Origin: a virus
Virus record (IMG/VR): IMGVR_UViG_3300038825_000664
Span: 1 to 43,920 of that record
Length of the DNA: 43,920 nucleotides
Strand: one strand, 5' to 3'
The notes below the pieces were generated by a model. The model ran no database searches. It was not told the origin of the DNA and worked only from the letters and a program-made list of their open reading frames with translations. Position numbers and translations under genes: made by a program. Positions 24,864 through 35,280 of the stretch are shown here, piece after piece; within the stretch, counting starts at the first letter, position 1, and the number at the start of each line of letters is the position of its first letter.

Positions 24864-25336
24864 TTTCGTGAAGACCTGTAACCAAATAAGAAACCTAATA
24901 CTGCTTGAATCGCTTCACCGATTAATGAACCCCATAACAAGTCAACAGCTTGAGTAATATCTTCAAACGATTCGACGGTGATCAACACTGCGTAAGTGTA
25001 GAACGATGCCATGACTGCAAACAGGGTGATGATTATGGTGACAGCAAAAGGTCGCATTGCAGCATTCCATGCATCAACCCAGTTGATACCTACACCTTTC
25101 AGACTGGCTGTTGCTATCTTAGATTGAGCATCATAAGCTGCAATGTCAACTTCACGGTCCATCTCAGCAACACGTGTCTCACCTTCCTTCTCAGCGATAC
25201 GTAGTTGCAACTCAGTCTGCTTCTCAAGCATCTGCATCTCACGACTATGCTCACGACCTGCACCCCACTCTTTTAACAAGTTGGGAACCGTACCGGATAT
25301 TAAACCGGTGACTGTTGATATTAATGCTGTAATCAT
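24860..25336 (-). CDS. Putative holin, 158 aa
   Basis: Two or three hydrophobic segments (PFAVTIIITLFAVMASFYTYAVLI and LWGSLIGEAIQAVLGFLFGY). It lies directly upstream of the endolysin. Confidence 0.55.
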   Translation of the reverse strand: MITALISTVTGLISGTVPNLLKEWGAGREHSREMQMLEKQTELQLRIAEKEGETRVAEMDREVDIAAYDAQSKIATASLKGVGINWVDAWNAAMRPFAVTIIITLFAVMASFYTYAVLITVESFEDITQAVDLLWGSLIGEAIQAVLGFLFGYRSSRK

Positions 25337-25344
25337 AATGACCT

Positions 25345-27729
25345 CTATGTTAACTGACCCATAACTTTAAATCCTGATGGTGTTCGCATCCAACCTATAT
25401 TATCAGCAACACCAGAAGGATCGCTGTTCCATACTTTTTCGCCATTGTTCCAAATCCCACCAGCAGGGGCGGAGCTTGCTTCTTCATCATAAATATAAGG
25501 CGCAGGCATTGAAGGTGTTCCGTTCTGGTACACACGCAAGCCTGAAAATTGAATTTTCTTTGAAACACTTGTTGAACCTGCGTTCTGTCTTACTGTAAGG
25601 GTTGTTGCATCACCATCTACCATCGTCATATATGTCCCCCACAACTCCCATCCGTTAGTGTAAACAACTACTGGTCTAAGATCCCTGTTTCCACTTGTGG
25701 TATTAAACACTCTTACCGTGGTGTCAGTTTCACTTATTCGTTTAACCATCAGTGTGACCCAAACGGTCATTTCGTTACCTCTATTGGTTTCAGCAGGTAA
25801 GAACGTGTAATTAGCCTGATTGTCTGTTGCGGCAGTTCCAGCGCCTCTCCTGAGTTCGATATATATACCAGAAAGAAAAGCGTCAGCACCCTCTAGAAAT
25901 AACCCTCCAGCAGGGGACCAAGTCAACCCTTCAACTGAACTCCTAAAGCTTGGGGTTGCTCTTGTTGTTGCCTCGACAATTTTTATCTCCATTGGCTCAC
26001 CAGCAGACAACTTAACTGAATCAGTGTAGTTACTTATTCCTGTTGCTGTAATGACTGGGTTTAATAAAACGGCTGGTGTAAAGCCATAGTGGTTAGCTGA
26101 ATAGTTTGCACCACCTGCTACATTATCCCTGTCAGATGCGTCGATAACATAAGGCGCTTTTTTAGCCTCAAAATAACAGCCCGTAATACTTGTGCCGTTG
26201 CCCCTATCTAAAAACAGGGCTACATTCGCGTTACCTTCAACACCAACACCACCGCTTATTGTAGTACCAGCACCAAGGCTAACATCACCACCGATAACAA
26301 TAGCGTAGTCTTTACCTAGCGTGTTAGCTGGAAAGTTTGTTCTGTCACTAAATGAACCACTTAAAACACCTGTTGCTGAAATTGTATCAATGTCGCGTTT
26401 ACAATCGCGTGTAATACAATGATTAATTTGATGATAATAAGTAAATACTTCGTTACGTCTATCAAGTTTGAATGCTGTACCTTGCCAGAAGTCAGTAACC
26501 ATTACACGTTCAAAATTAGTCCCCATGGTGTCGTACATATCAAAACAGTGAAGTGTATTTCGATTATATTCTGTGACTGGTGAGCCACTGTAACCAGGGT
26601 ATGTTCCACCTGTTGGCTGAACACAAACGTAAAAATCTCTAAACTTCATCTGCCAGTTTGACGATGCGTGAGCATTAGGATCAACACCAAAGTTTTTATT
26701 TTTAGGCTCTAGGAATGACAAGCTTGTAGATGGATTAAATCTAAACTTAGAACCAGGACCTACACCGTATAATAAAACAGACGACCCCATGAATAATGTG
26801 GTTGTAGTTATATACTCACCAGGTGGTATGAACACCAAACCGCCACCAGGTGACATTGATTGGTAGTTGACAGTCATATACGCTGTGTCAATCCATGCAA
26901 ATATATGGTTCATAACAGTAGTATTGTCAAACTCTAAAAACCCCACATCATTTCTATCATGTGCACCCCAAGCTTTAATATCAATTTTCCCTTGAAACCG
27001 TATTACTAACGCTAAAGTTGCTACACCTGTACATTGAACAATGTTATAAGTGTTCGGTGTGACACTTGATGCTAGGACAACATCCCACATTGCACCACCA
27101 CCGTTCCCTGATGTCCGTTCTTTCATGTTACATGCTTGGTTTAATTTCAGGTTATTGTCACTTACAGCAGACGTTAATGTTGAATAGTTTATGACAGGTT
27201 TGTCTGCTGCTATCTCATCACTTGTTAATGCAGAAAATGGGTCGTAATTTTCAAGACCAGTACCACTACCGTTCCACCGTAACGCAAAACCAGCACCTGG
27301 TGAATCAAGTGATAATGGTAAAGAACCTGTATAAGTTTTTGATACAGCAGGACTGCGTGATTTTTCATCCAGCAACTGCTGTATCAACAGTGTCAACTTA
27401 TCCATTGCATTCTCATGTAGGTCAGGGAAGAACGGACCTTGTGATGAGAATGCGGTCAATTGTGTCTCTTTAAAGTCGGATCGAATAAACCACTCATAAC
27501 CTGTTGGTAAAGGACCTGGTATGCGTGTGACTATACCACCACCGTCGTTACCAACACCACTTACAGTGTAGTTAGTGTCAACAACCAACAAGGTTTGAAT
27601 ACCTATGTCATTTGTTTCATATACGCTCAGTTGGTCTTTATCATCTACTTTAAACGTGTAGCTGAATGTTTCTGCTACATCGTTACCAACGTAAGGACCT
27701 GATGTGATTTTTGTGGTATTAACAGTCAT
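25345..27729 (-). CDS. Tail fibre/tailspike, 794 aa (T7 gp17 position)
   Basis: Its position is after the internal virion genes. N-terminal anchor-like segment is TSGPYVGNDVAETFSYTFKV. The central part is long and Gly/Asn/Thr-rich, consistent with a beta-helix. Confidence 0.65.
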   Translation of the reverse strand: MTVNTTKITSGPYVGNDVAETFSYTFKVDDKDQLSVYETNDIGIQTLLVVDTNYTVSGVGNDGGGIVTRIPGPLPTGYEWFIRSDFKETQLTAFSSQGPFFPDLHENAMDKLTLLIQQLLDEKSRSPAVSKTYTGSLPLSLDSPGAGFALRWNGSGTGLENYDPFSALTSDEIAADKPVINYSTLTSAVSDNNLKLNQACNMKERTSGNGGGAMWDVVLASSVTPNTYNIVQCTGVATLALVIRFQGKIDIKAWGAHDRNDVGFLEFDNTTVMNHIFAWIDTAYMTVNYQSMSPGGGLVFIPPGEYITTTTLFMGSSVLLYGVGPGSKFRFNPSTSLSFLEPKNKNFGVDPNAHASSNWQMKFRDFYVCVQPTGGTYPGYSGSPVTEYNRNTLHCFDMYDTMGTNFERVMVTDFWQGTAFKLDRRNEVFTYYHQINHCITRDCKRDIDTISATGVLSGSFSDRTNFPANTLGKDYAIVIGGDVSLGAGTTISGGVGVEGNANVALFLDRGNGTSITGCYFEAKKAPYVIDASDRDNVAGGANYSANHYGFTPAVLLNPVITATGISNYTDSVKLSAGEPMEIKIVEATTRATPSFRSSVEGLTWSPAGGLFLEGADAFLSGIYIELRRGAGTAATDNQANYTFLPAETNRGNEMTVWVTLMVKRISETDTTVRVFNTTSGNRDLRPVVVYTNGWELWGTYMTMVDGDATTLTVRQNAGSTSVSKKIQFSGLRVYQNGTPSMPAPYIYDEEASSAPAGGIWNNGEKVWNSDPSGVADNIGWMRTPSGFKVMGQLT

Positions 27730-27765
27730 AGTGACACTCCGAAATATATTGATTAAAGTCTAACA

Positions 27766-30700
27766 TTACTTACGTTCAGGACCAAATAAGAATTGATGAG
27801 TAGTAAAGTCTTCACCTTCAGCAAGGACATCATACAAATGTTCACCAGATGCCCACGCTTGACCTGTACCTGGTACACCTAGTGTTGCACCGAGTAACTT
27901 ACTAATTGATTTAATTTGACCTTTCGTCAGTTCACCATCAGCAAGCACTGCTTTTGATGCACCTTCTAAACCTTGTAACCCTTGTTCTACAATTGACGTA
28001 ACCGGTGAAGCATTGTAACCATAACCAGCTACCACACCATTAACAACATCGCGTACAAAAGGTATTGATGCAATCGGGTACAATGCAACCTTAGTCATTA
28101 CATTCTGCAATAACTCTTCAGGTTCTTCATCTTCTTTGGCAAACTCACCGCGCATTATCATCTCAAATAATACTGGTATGGTGAAAAGAAACATTGTTTT
28201 AGCTGCTACAGTGGTGGTTGAATATTTACCAGACTTAGTACCTTTCACTAAATCACGTTGCAAATTCCACAATGCACTGAAGAATGTCATGAACATGGTG
28301 AAGATTGTATGTGTCTTGGTTTGATTACGCATCAGTGCAGCCATGTCTTTAGTAGCACCTGAACCTTGAACATTCTCAATCACCCAGTCAGCATACTGAA
28401 ACGCTTTCTTTTCATCACCAGACTCACCAAGCTCTTTAATGTATGCAGCGTGCCATGATGGTAAATCAACCATGTAAGTTTGGATCAAAGCAATGTGCTT
28501 CATTGAAGCTTCTTGAACTGCTGCAAGCACACCACGTTTACTTTCGAGCTGTTGCATTGCATTCATGATTTCCCGATCCATTGTCTGTGTACGATGCTTC
28601 AGTACCTTGGACTTCTCAGTGGCAAATTCCCATGCACTCTTCATGCTGTCAACACTACCGAGTATTGTACGAAGTGACTGATACACTGGACCCATACCCA
28701 CTTCAGCAATGGTGTTTGACAAACCACTGATCTGAATGATACCAGTTGATGCTTTGAAACCCATTACACCGAGTGTAGTACCTAAGCGTAACTTATTGAA
28801 CATTGCATCAACAATCGATTTATTCGGTGCATTACGTCCATCTTTAGCAATGTCATTTAACCACGGTTTCAATTGTGCAAATTCTTCAGGACCTAGTTTC
28901 GATGTCACTGCATCCTTCACACGTGGGTCACGTAGTAATCTGTTCACTTCACGTACTGCATCATGGTGAGTGATGTAGTGGATTGTTTCTTGAATATGAT
29001 TAGGAACCACGTTCAATGTTAAATGTATTGGTGCAAAGTAACCGGTACGCTCATTCGTTGACCCAGTGTTCACTGATGATTGTATGCTGGCGTTACTGGC
29101 AAACATTGAACCCACTTCAGCTTCTTTACGTTCTTCAAATTCAGCAGCTTTATTATCACGAGTCGGGTCATACTTAACAGGGTAATAACCACCTTTAAAC
29201 GTACCATGTTCAGTCACAACTGGTGTAGCTTCAACTTTAGGTGGTACAAGTCCAGTGGTGCGACGATGCACTTCAGCAAGTTTCGGGTAAAGAATATCAA
29301 TCTGATCCCAAATCTTCTGAACCATCTGCCAATCGGATTTCGTCATGTGCTTCAGTACAGCAACTAACTTGTCATTCTGTAAACTGATTTCACCAGTGTC
29401 TTCAGTGGCCCACTGTTCACCGAGTAATAACTTTCTCAAGTTACCTTCGTTACCGGTGTTCAATGCGACTGCAATAATCTCATGACCTTTCAAGTTACCG
29501 GTGTGAGTACCACCAGCAGTACCTTTGATTTCAGGTATAAAGAATGTAGTGTTGTGACGCTTCTCATCTTCCTTGCTTCTGTTCTTGATCATGTCAGTGA
29601 CGGGTTTACCCACTTCTTCAAACATTTCTAATTCAGCATTGTATGCGTCAGTCATCGGTTGTGAGAATGTGGTGAACCATGTACCCACTCGATCCATTCC
29701 GTCCATCCATGACATCATGTAAGGTATCTTGGTCATCTGACCCATTGCCCACCGACCCTTGCGTTCAATCCAAGTTAGGTCATCAGCAACACTTGCAGAT
29801 TTTTTGAATCGACCTGTACCAGTTTCAGCAGCAGTGGTGACAAGTTTGTCAACCAGTTTATTGTATTCAATTTCTTCACCCATTCGAGTGAGTTTATTCG
29901 AGTAACGTGCAACATGTTCAATGTTCTTCACTGAGTCATCGATACCCTGTAAATCGCTATAAGCAACATTTTTCCAATGGGTGACATAAGATTCATTCAA
30001 CACCACGTTAGCCAATACTAGACCATCACCGTGAGTGTCCATGCGTTCAGCAGCCCAGGTATTAATATCTTGGTTAACTTGATCAACAGAACCTAGTGTC
30101 GCAGATTTTCTGAACTCAAATCGTTCAAGGATTTTGACGATCTGATCCCAGTAACCACCTTCAGCTTTTTGAATTTCTTCACGTACTTTTTTCTTATTGT
30201 AACGATTCATACGGTCAACAATTTTCACCGTGTCATTCTTCGCTTCAGTTGCTTCCATACCAAGGTAGTAGTTTAATGCTTGACGTGCTTTAGCTTGTGC
30301 AGCACCTTCTTTGTTACCTTCAGTCAACATGCGTGCAGCTTCTTGTGCAGCTCTTATCTCAGCCTTGCGATACTTACCAGGGTGAATTTCTCTGAATGAC
30401 AAGTTACCAATACGTTCAGCAGCAATTGACTTCATTGTTTGACGGTCAAGACTACGCTGGTTAGTACCACGTGAAAGAATTTTTAACTCATGAAGAATCA
30501 ACTTACCACGTTCTTCATTCTGCACAGCTTCATCAGCTTGACGCTCAATCGTACCATCGGTGAACACATCACCATGACGTTCAATCATTCGAGCTTGTGC
30601 ATTAGCTTCAGCAGTTTCTTTGATAGGTGGTGCAGTCATTAAGTCATTGAGTAATTCAGCACCTGAGTTGTAACCGAAGAATGCAGCAGCTTCATCAGGG

Positions 30701-33700
30701 TGAACACCTTTCTGACCTTTCGCTGTCATACCGCGCAGTTTGTCAGAGACACGTGTTGATGTGCGACCCAGTTTATCTGTACGTTCTTCACCGACCATCT
30801 CTTTCACAGTCGCATGGTCAAGCTTAATGTCACCATCACGTAAACGTGTAGCAGTTGAGTAAACTTGTTCACCGGCTAAACGACCCAACTCTTCATCAGT
30901 CAAGTCAGCTTTTTCTTCTTTCCACCATTGCTGTGTTTTACGGGTAAGTGCTTTGATTAATTTGTCGCGCAATGTTTCAGTCTGAATGTCTTTGACTTTT
31001 TCTTGACGCTGTTGATAATCACTGAACTCTTCAGCAGTCATACCTGCCATCGTAGCATCGGTGAACATTGGTTCAACTCGTGCACGTGACTCAGCAGCAG
31101 CAATCTGTTCTTCAGTTGCAAGCAAACGGTCAAATACTTGACGCATCTCAGCATCAAGTTTCACATTCAAGTCACCACGTAGTGCTTGATAAATGCGTGC
31201 AAGCCATCGTGCAAATGTTCTGAATGCATTACGCAGTTCAACACTTGGTGCTTTACCTTCCATCAAATAAGTTTCAAAGCCACGAGCAAACTGCTCATGT
31301 ACAGCACGACGAACAGCAGCATCTTTGTCAGTGCTACCGGTTGCACCAGTGTCAAGATAGTTCACCACATCAGCTTCAGTCACAGTTTGCTTGTTGTCAT
31401 TGGTGCGCTCACCCTGCTTGATAGCATCAAAGTTACCGTTAAGGTTCTTAGTAGCTTCAGCAGCAACATCTTCAGCATTACGCTTGTACCAGTTGTTAAT
31501 GCTTTCATTCATGTCAGTGTTACCTGACGCTTCCATCTCATACATGAAGTGTGCAAACTCATGAAGGAAGGTTGACAGGTCAGCAGATTCAGTCAAACGT
31601 ATAACACTGTTCTCAGGGTCATAATAACCACGAGCAACACCGGTGTCTGGTTTCTTTTGGAACAATAGTTTTTTCTGCTCACTGATAACTTGCTGGCGCG
31701 TTTTACCTACACCTTTAGGGTCGTAAGTTTTAATCTTCAACCCTGCATCTTTCAATACTTGTAACGCATTTTTGTTCATACCCTTTGGTACAACAGCAGT
31801 GTTGAATTCTTCAAAACCAACAGCACGTTGGATCTTAGTTTCAAAGTAACTTGATGGCAAAGCACTAAGGTACTCAGTGAAGTCGTCAACAATCTCACGT
31901 ACTTCAGGTGTCACGTTAAATGCTTCATTCAACCCTTTACGACCTTCTGTGATTGCAGTACCTGCATCATCTGCATAACCCCAACCATCAGCATCAAACT
32001 TGTAGAATGGTTTCAGCTTTTCAAGCACTTCCTCAAATACATCAGCAGATTCTTGCTTGACTTCAGTCATCTCAGCTTCACTGACAATCTCACCACGTCG
32101 TGCTTGAACCTGTTTAATGGTTTTCATTTCATTAGCAAACGCAGAACGAACTGTACCAACACCATAGAATGATGCTTCACCAGCTTGCAGCTTCTGTGTC
32201 ATTTCCTTGACAACACTTTGCATATTGTAATCGACGTACTTCTTGTTACCACTTGGTGAGAAACCTTTGAACAACTTCTTACCTTTCACCATGTCATTGA
32301 ATTTGTCAGTCACCCATTGGTCATACTCATCACGGGTCTTCTGAACACGCATCTTTTTATCGATGTCAGTACGAAGCTGGTGAGTATCGGTTGCACCTTT
32401 TTGCTTGAAGTTTCGGACCGTTGTTTCAAAGTCGTATAACTTACCTGGTATAACTTCACCATTCTCAAGAAACCAGAAACCACTGAAACGTTCAGCGCGA
32501 CCTGGGTCTTTTTCCAAGATTGCATCAAGCATTGTTTGATAATGTGCTTTAGCAGCTTTTTGAAACTTAGGATCACGCGCATCAATTTTGTCTAGCTTCG
32601 CAGCTTTCTTGACAGTTGCATCAATCTTTTTGTTTTTAAGTTTCGGTGCTTTACCTTGTTCTTGTAACCATAAGTATTGAACAGCAGTTGAACGTTGAAG
32701 GTTGTCAGCACCAGTGCCATCTTGTAACGAGTTGATGTCTGGTTTACTTAGATTAAGATCACGAGCATCACCCATCTGTTCATCGAGTTCATTGAATTTC
32801 TTTTGATCAATGTCATAAGTAGGACGTGGTTGTCGTGGTGAATATATGTCAGCATCAAAATTACGTGCTTTATCTGATTCGAGTAACGACGGGTCAGCAA
32901 GTAATGACACTTCACCAAATGCATCAAAGTCACTTACATCAGTTCGGATAGTAGCAATCGACGGTGCAGCTAAACCACCAAGGTCAGCAGCAGCAAGAAT
33001 GTTTTCAGATGAAAGGTTATGTGTGACAACTAGGTTCGCGTCATCAACTGGTGATTGTGCTAAAGGGTCTGATGAAGCAAATGCTTTACCTGCTTCAGAT
33101 AAGTCTTCAGAGTGTTTAACTGATTCAAAGTCTTCACGTGCACGTGCTAACAGTTCAGTACCGATACCTTCTTTTTGTCTACCTTCTTTCGTGACAGCGT
33201 TTGCAATAGTTGCCGTTTTACCACCATCTGTACTGGTGACTTGAACTGTACCAACTATTTCACCATCTTCAGCTTTGACATATCTACGACTTACGAATTG
33301 GTCAGATGGTGTGTTAACTGCTTCAAACACAGATAACCCTTCATCGTTAAAAGTACCTGATTCTTGACCGATACTTAATGATTCGTTTTGAGGTAACAAG
33401 AAGTCAGCAAAATCACCAACAGCATCTTGAGTCAACACCTGCTCACCTTCAAGTCGGGCAAGCTCACCGGTCTGTGGTCCTTCAATGGTTAACCCTGCAT
33501 CAGTGTAAACTTGTTGAACTGTTTTACCGCTACGTGCAGCTTGAGCGGTTGCCCATGCAGGAACAACTTGAGCCATGATTGAAGCATTAGCCGCATTCAC
33601 TGCACCAGTGTCAATCAGTTGATCACGAACAGTGGTATAAATTTCCTGTGCTTCAACGTACTCAGATGCATTCTCTTGAGCTTCAGCCATTATTGTTTCA

Positions 33701-35280
33701 ACGTATGCTTTAGTCTCAACCTCATGTTGCTCTTGACGGAATGGTGAAACTGTTTCCTCACTCATCGTCATGTGTTCACGTAACTCAGTAGCTGCTTCAG
33801 TACCGGCAATGTCACCCATGAATTCATCAACGGGAACCGCGACATCAGCACCTGTGGCACGAGACTCACGTGCAGCATTAGCAAGTGCTTTCAATGCAGG
33901 GTCAGCATCAATCTCTTCACGTGTTTTACTTTGTAGAAATAATGAAGTTTGAACACCATCGATAAACACGTGAGTATTATTCTCACCATCAGCTTCACGA
34001 ATAAATTGCTTAAATGACTCAACATCACGTTCACGCAACTTAGACTTAACTGAATCAGCACTTAACTTGTCAATGTTACGTTGCTCAACATCACCTTGAG
34101 TTGCTTGTTCTTGCTCAGTCTGAGTCAACTTAGCAACCGTCTTATTGACAGCAGTTGCAGCACCTATCTGTGCACCACCTGCCACGACAGTAGCAATGGC
34201 AGTGACCGCTTGACGACGTAACTGTATGTTGATTACCTCTTGTGCACCTTCAGCATTTTCAAGTTCTTTATCTAAACCGAACATGTATGAGTTAACTGTC
34301 TGCAATGCAGTAGCAAGTTGCTCAGTACCCATCTCTTGTACTGCGAATTTCAATGCTGATTTAGTTAACCCTTTACTTTTACCGGTTAGAATTGTTTCAA
34401 TTGTTTTCGTTGGTAATAACTCAGTACCCACTTCGATAGCTGCATCAATGGTGGCAAACCATCGCGCTTCTTCAACAGTCAACCCTTCAGCACGACCTTC
34501 ACCGTATGAACCAGTAAACGTCTGTGCACCAATGGTGACAAGTAATGGTGTAGTACGACCACCTGATAAGACAGTTAGTGCAAGACCTGGGGCCATGTTA
34601 GCAAGTGACTCAACACCTGCTCGAACACCTTCTTGAACAATGTTCATGTCTTCAGGTGTTAATGATTGACGTTCTTTTTGTAATGTTTGAATCTCACCGA
34701 TGAGTCGGTCACTTGATTCCTGTTTAGCAGCAGCAAGTTGTTCGTCAGTTTCAATACCAGCGTTAGCAGCAAACTCACGCGACAAGTCACGTGCAACATT
34801 CTCCATACCTATTGGCATAGCACCAGCAGGTATCAGGTCCTCAATGCGACTCGATGTAGCTTCATTACCAGCGAGTAATAGACCGCGACCTTGAATGTCG
34901 AAACCTACACCGATTGAGCGACCCATACCGTCGAATGTTTTTTCAATACCTTCAAGTAAGTTACTGATCACGTCTTCTTGTGCAATGACAGAATTGTTCA
35001 CATCAGTGGTGAGAAACTTAGAAGTTTTCGGTGCACGTTGTGTCATACCTTCAAGGTTAATCTGGTCAAGCTTGAGCTTCTGTTGAATTTGTTCAGGGTT
35101 AGATTGTACAGCGAACTCAGGTACACCAGACTCTTTGCTCAGTTTAGTGGTCTGAGCATGTTGGTCAGGGTTAATCTTGACAGCTTCACCCATATTAGCG
35201 TTCAATTGCGTCTGCTGTGGGTCTTCTTCGTTCAGTCCGAAACCACCAAGGTCTATTTTACTAAGGTCTAAATCAGGCAT
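27766..35280 (-). CDS. Giant 2504-aa internal virion/ejection protein (T7 gp16 position), multi-domain
   Basis: TAATG coupling to the gp15-position gene. GNAT-like module at aa 662-737. HEFAH module at aa 1240-1244. C-terminal hydrophobic helices are encoded at 28150-28315. Confidence 0.8.
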   Translation of the reverse strand: MPDLDLSKIDLGGFGLNEEDPQQTQLNANMGEAVKINPDQHAQTTKLSKESGVPEFAVQSNPEQIQQKLKLDQINLEGMTQRAPKTSKFLTTDVNNSVIAQEDVISNLLEGIEKTFDGMGRSIGVGFDIQGRGLLLAGNEATSSRIEDLIPAGAMPIGMENVARDLSREFAANAGIETDEQLAAAKQESSDRLIGEIQTLQKERQSLTPEDMNIVQEGVRAGVESLANMAPGLALTVLSGGRTTPLLVTIGAQTFTGSYGEGRAEGLTVEEARWFATIDAAIEVGTELLPTKTIETILTGKSKGLTKSALKFAVQEMGTEQLATALQTVNSYMFGLDKELENAEGAQEVINIQLRRQAVTAIATVVAGGAQIGAATAVNKTVAKLTQTEQEQATQGDVEQRNIDKLSADSVKSKLRERDVESFKQFIREADGENNTHVFIDGVQTSLFLQSKTREEIDADPALKALANAARESRATGADVAVPVDEFMGDIAGTEAATELREHMTMSEETVSPFRQEQHEVETKAYVETIMAEAQENASEYVEAQEIYTTVRDQLIDTGAVNAANASIMAQVVPAWATAQAARSGKTVQQVYTDAGLTIEGPQTGELARLEGEQVLTQDAVGDFADFLLPQNESLSIGQESGTFNDEGLSVFEAVNTPSDQFVSRRYVKAEDGEIVGTVQVTSTDGGKTATIANAVTKEGRQKEGIGTELLARAREDFESVKHSEDLSEAGKAFASSDPLAQSPVDDANLVVTHNLSSENILAAADLGGLAAPSIATIRTDVSDFDAFGEVSLLADPSLLESDKARNFDADIYSPRQPRPTYDIDQKKFNELDEQMGDARDLNLSKPDINSLQDGTGADNLQRSTAVQYLWLQEQGKAPKLKNKKIDATVKKAAKLDKIDARDPKFQKAAKAHYQTMLDAILEKDPGRAERFSGFWFLENGEVIPGKLYDFETTVRNFKQKGATDTHQLRTDIDKKMRVQKTRDEYDQWVTDKFNDMVKGKKLFKGFSPSGNKKYVDYNMQSVVKEMTQKLQAGEASFYGVGTVRSAFANEMKTIKQVQARRGEIVSEAEMTEVKQESADVFEEVLEKLKPFYKFDADGWGYADDAGTAITEGRKGLNEAFNVTPEVREIVDDFTEYLSALPSSYFETKIQRAVGFEEFNTAVVPKGMNKNALQVLKDAGLKIKTYDPKGVGKTRQQVISEQKKLLFQKKPDTGVARGYYDPENSVIRLTESADLSTFLHEFAHFMYEMEASGNTDMNESINNWYKRNAEDVAAEATKNLNGNFDAIKQGERTNDNKQTVTEADVVNYLDTGATGSTDKDAAVRRAVHEQFARGFETYLMEGKAPSVELRNAFRTFARWLARIYQALRGDLNVKLDAEMRQVFDRLLATEEQIAAAESRARVEPMFTDATMAGMTAEEFSDYQQRQEKVKDIQTETLRDKLIKALTRKTQQWWKEEKADLTDEELGRLAGEQVYSTATRLRDGDIKLDHATVKEMVGEERTDKLGRTSTRVSDKLRGMTAKGQKGVHPDEAAAFFGYNSGAELLNDLMTAPPIKETAEANAQARMIERHGDVFTDGTIERQADEAVQNEERGKLILHELKILSRGTNQRSLDRQTMKSIAAERIGNLSFREIHPGKYRKAEIRAAQEAARMLTEGNKEGAAQAKARQALNYYLGMEATEAKNDTVKIVDRMNRYNKKKVREEIQKAEGGYWDQIVKILERFEFRKSATLGSVDQVNQDINTWAAERMDTHGDGLVLANVVLNESYVTHWKNVAYSDLQGIDDSVKNIEHVARYSNKLTRMGEEIEYNKLVDKLVTTAAETGTGRFKKSASVADDLTWIERKGRWAMGQMTKIPYMMSWMDGMDRVGTWFTTFSQPMTDAYNAELEMFEEVGKPVTDMIKNRSKEDEKRHNTTFFIPEIKGTAGGTHTGNLKGHEIIAVALNTGNEGNLRKLLLGEQWATEDTGEISLQNDKLVAVLKHMTKSDWQMVQKIWDQIDILYPKLAEVHRRTTGLVPPKVEATPVVTEHGTFKGGYYPVKYDPTRDNKAAEFEERKEAEVGSMFASNASIQSSVNTGSTNERTGYFAPIHLTLNVVPNHIQETIHYITHHDAVREVNRLLRDPRVKDAVTSKLGPEEFAQLKPWLNDIAKDGRNAPNKSIVDAMFNKLRLGTTLGVMGFKASTGIIQISGLSNTIAEVGMGPVYQSLRTILGSVDSMKSAWEFATEKSKVLKHRTQTMDREIMNAMQQLESKRGVLAAVQEASMKHIALIQTYMVDLPSWHAAYIKELGESGDEKKAFQYADWVIENVQGSGATKDMAALMRNQTKTHTIFTMFMTFFSALWNLQRDLVKGTKSGKYSTTTVAAKTMFLFTIPVLFEMIMRGEFAKEDEEPEELLQNVMTKVALYPIASIPFVRDVVNGVVAGYGYNASPVTSIVEQGLQGLEGASKAVLADGELTKGQIKSISKLLGATLGVPGTGQAWASGEHLYDVLAEGEDFTTHQFLFGPERK

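Noticed and set aside
25345-27729. A diversity-generating retroelement, considered because of the BPP-1-like head genes and the tail-fibre C-terminus.
   Set aside because: No reverse-transcriptase ORF exists anywhere in the genome, and I found no template/variable repeat pair near the fibre gene.
28136-35271. About ten plus-strand ORFs of 60-136 aa inside the giant gene (for example 31186-31527, 32846-33244 and 34226-34636).
   Set aside because: They are antisense to a continuous 7.5-kb reading frame, and that many open frames are expected by chance over such a length. None has a convincing SD or start context.
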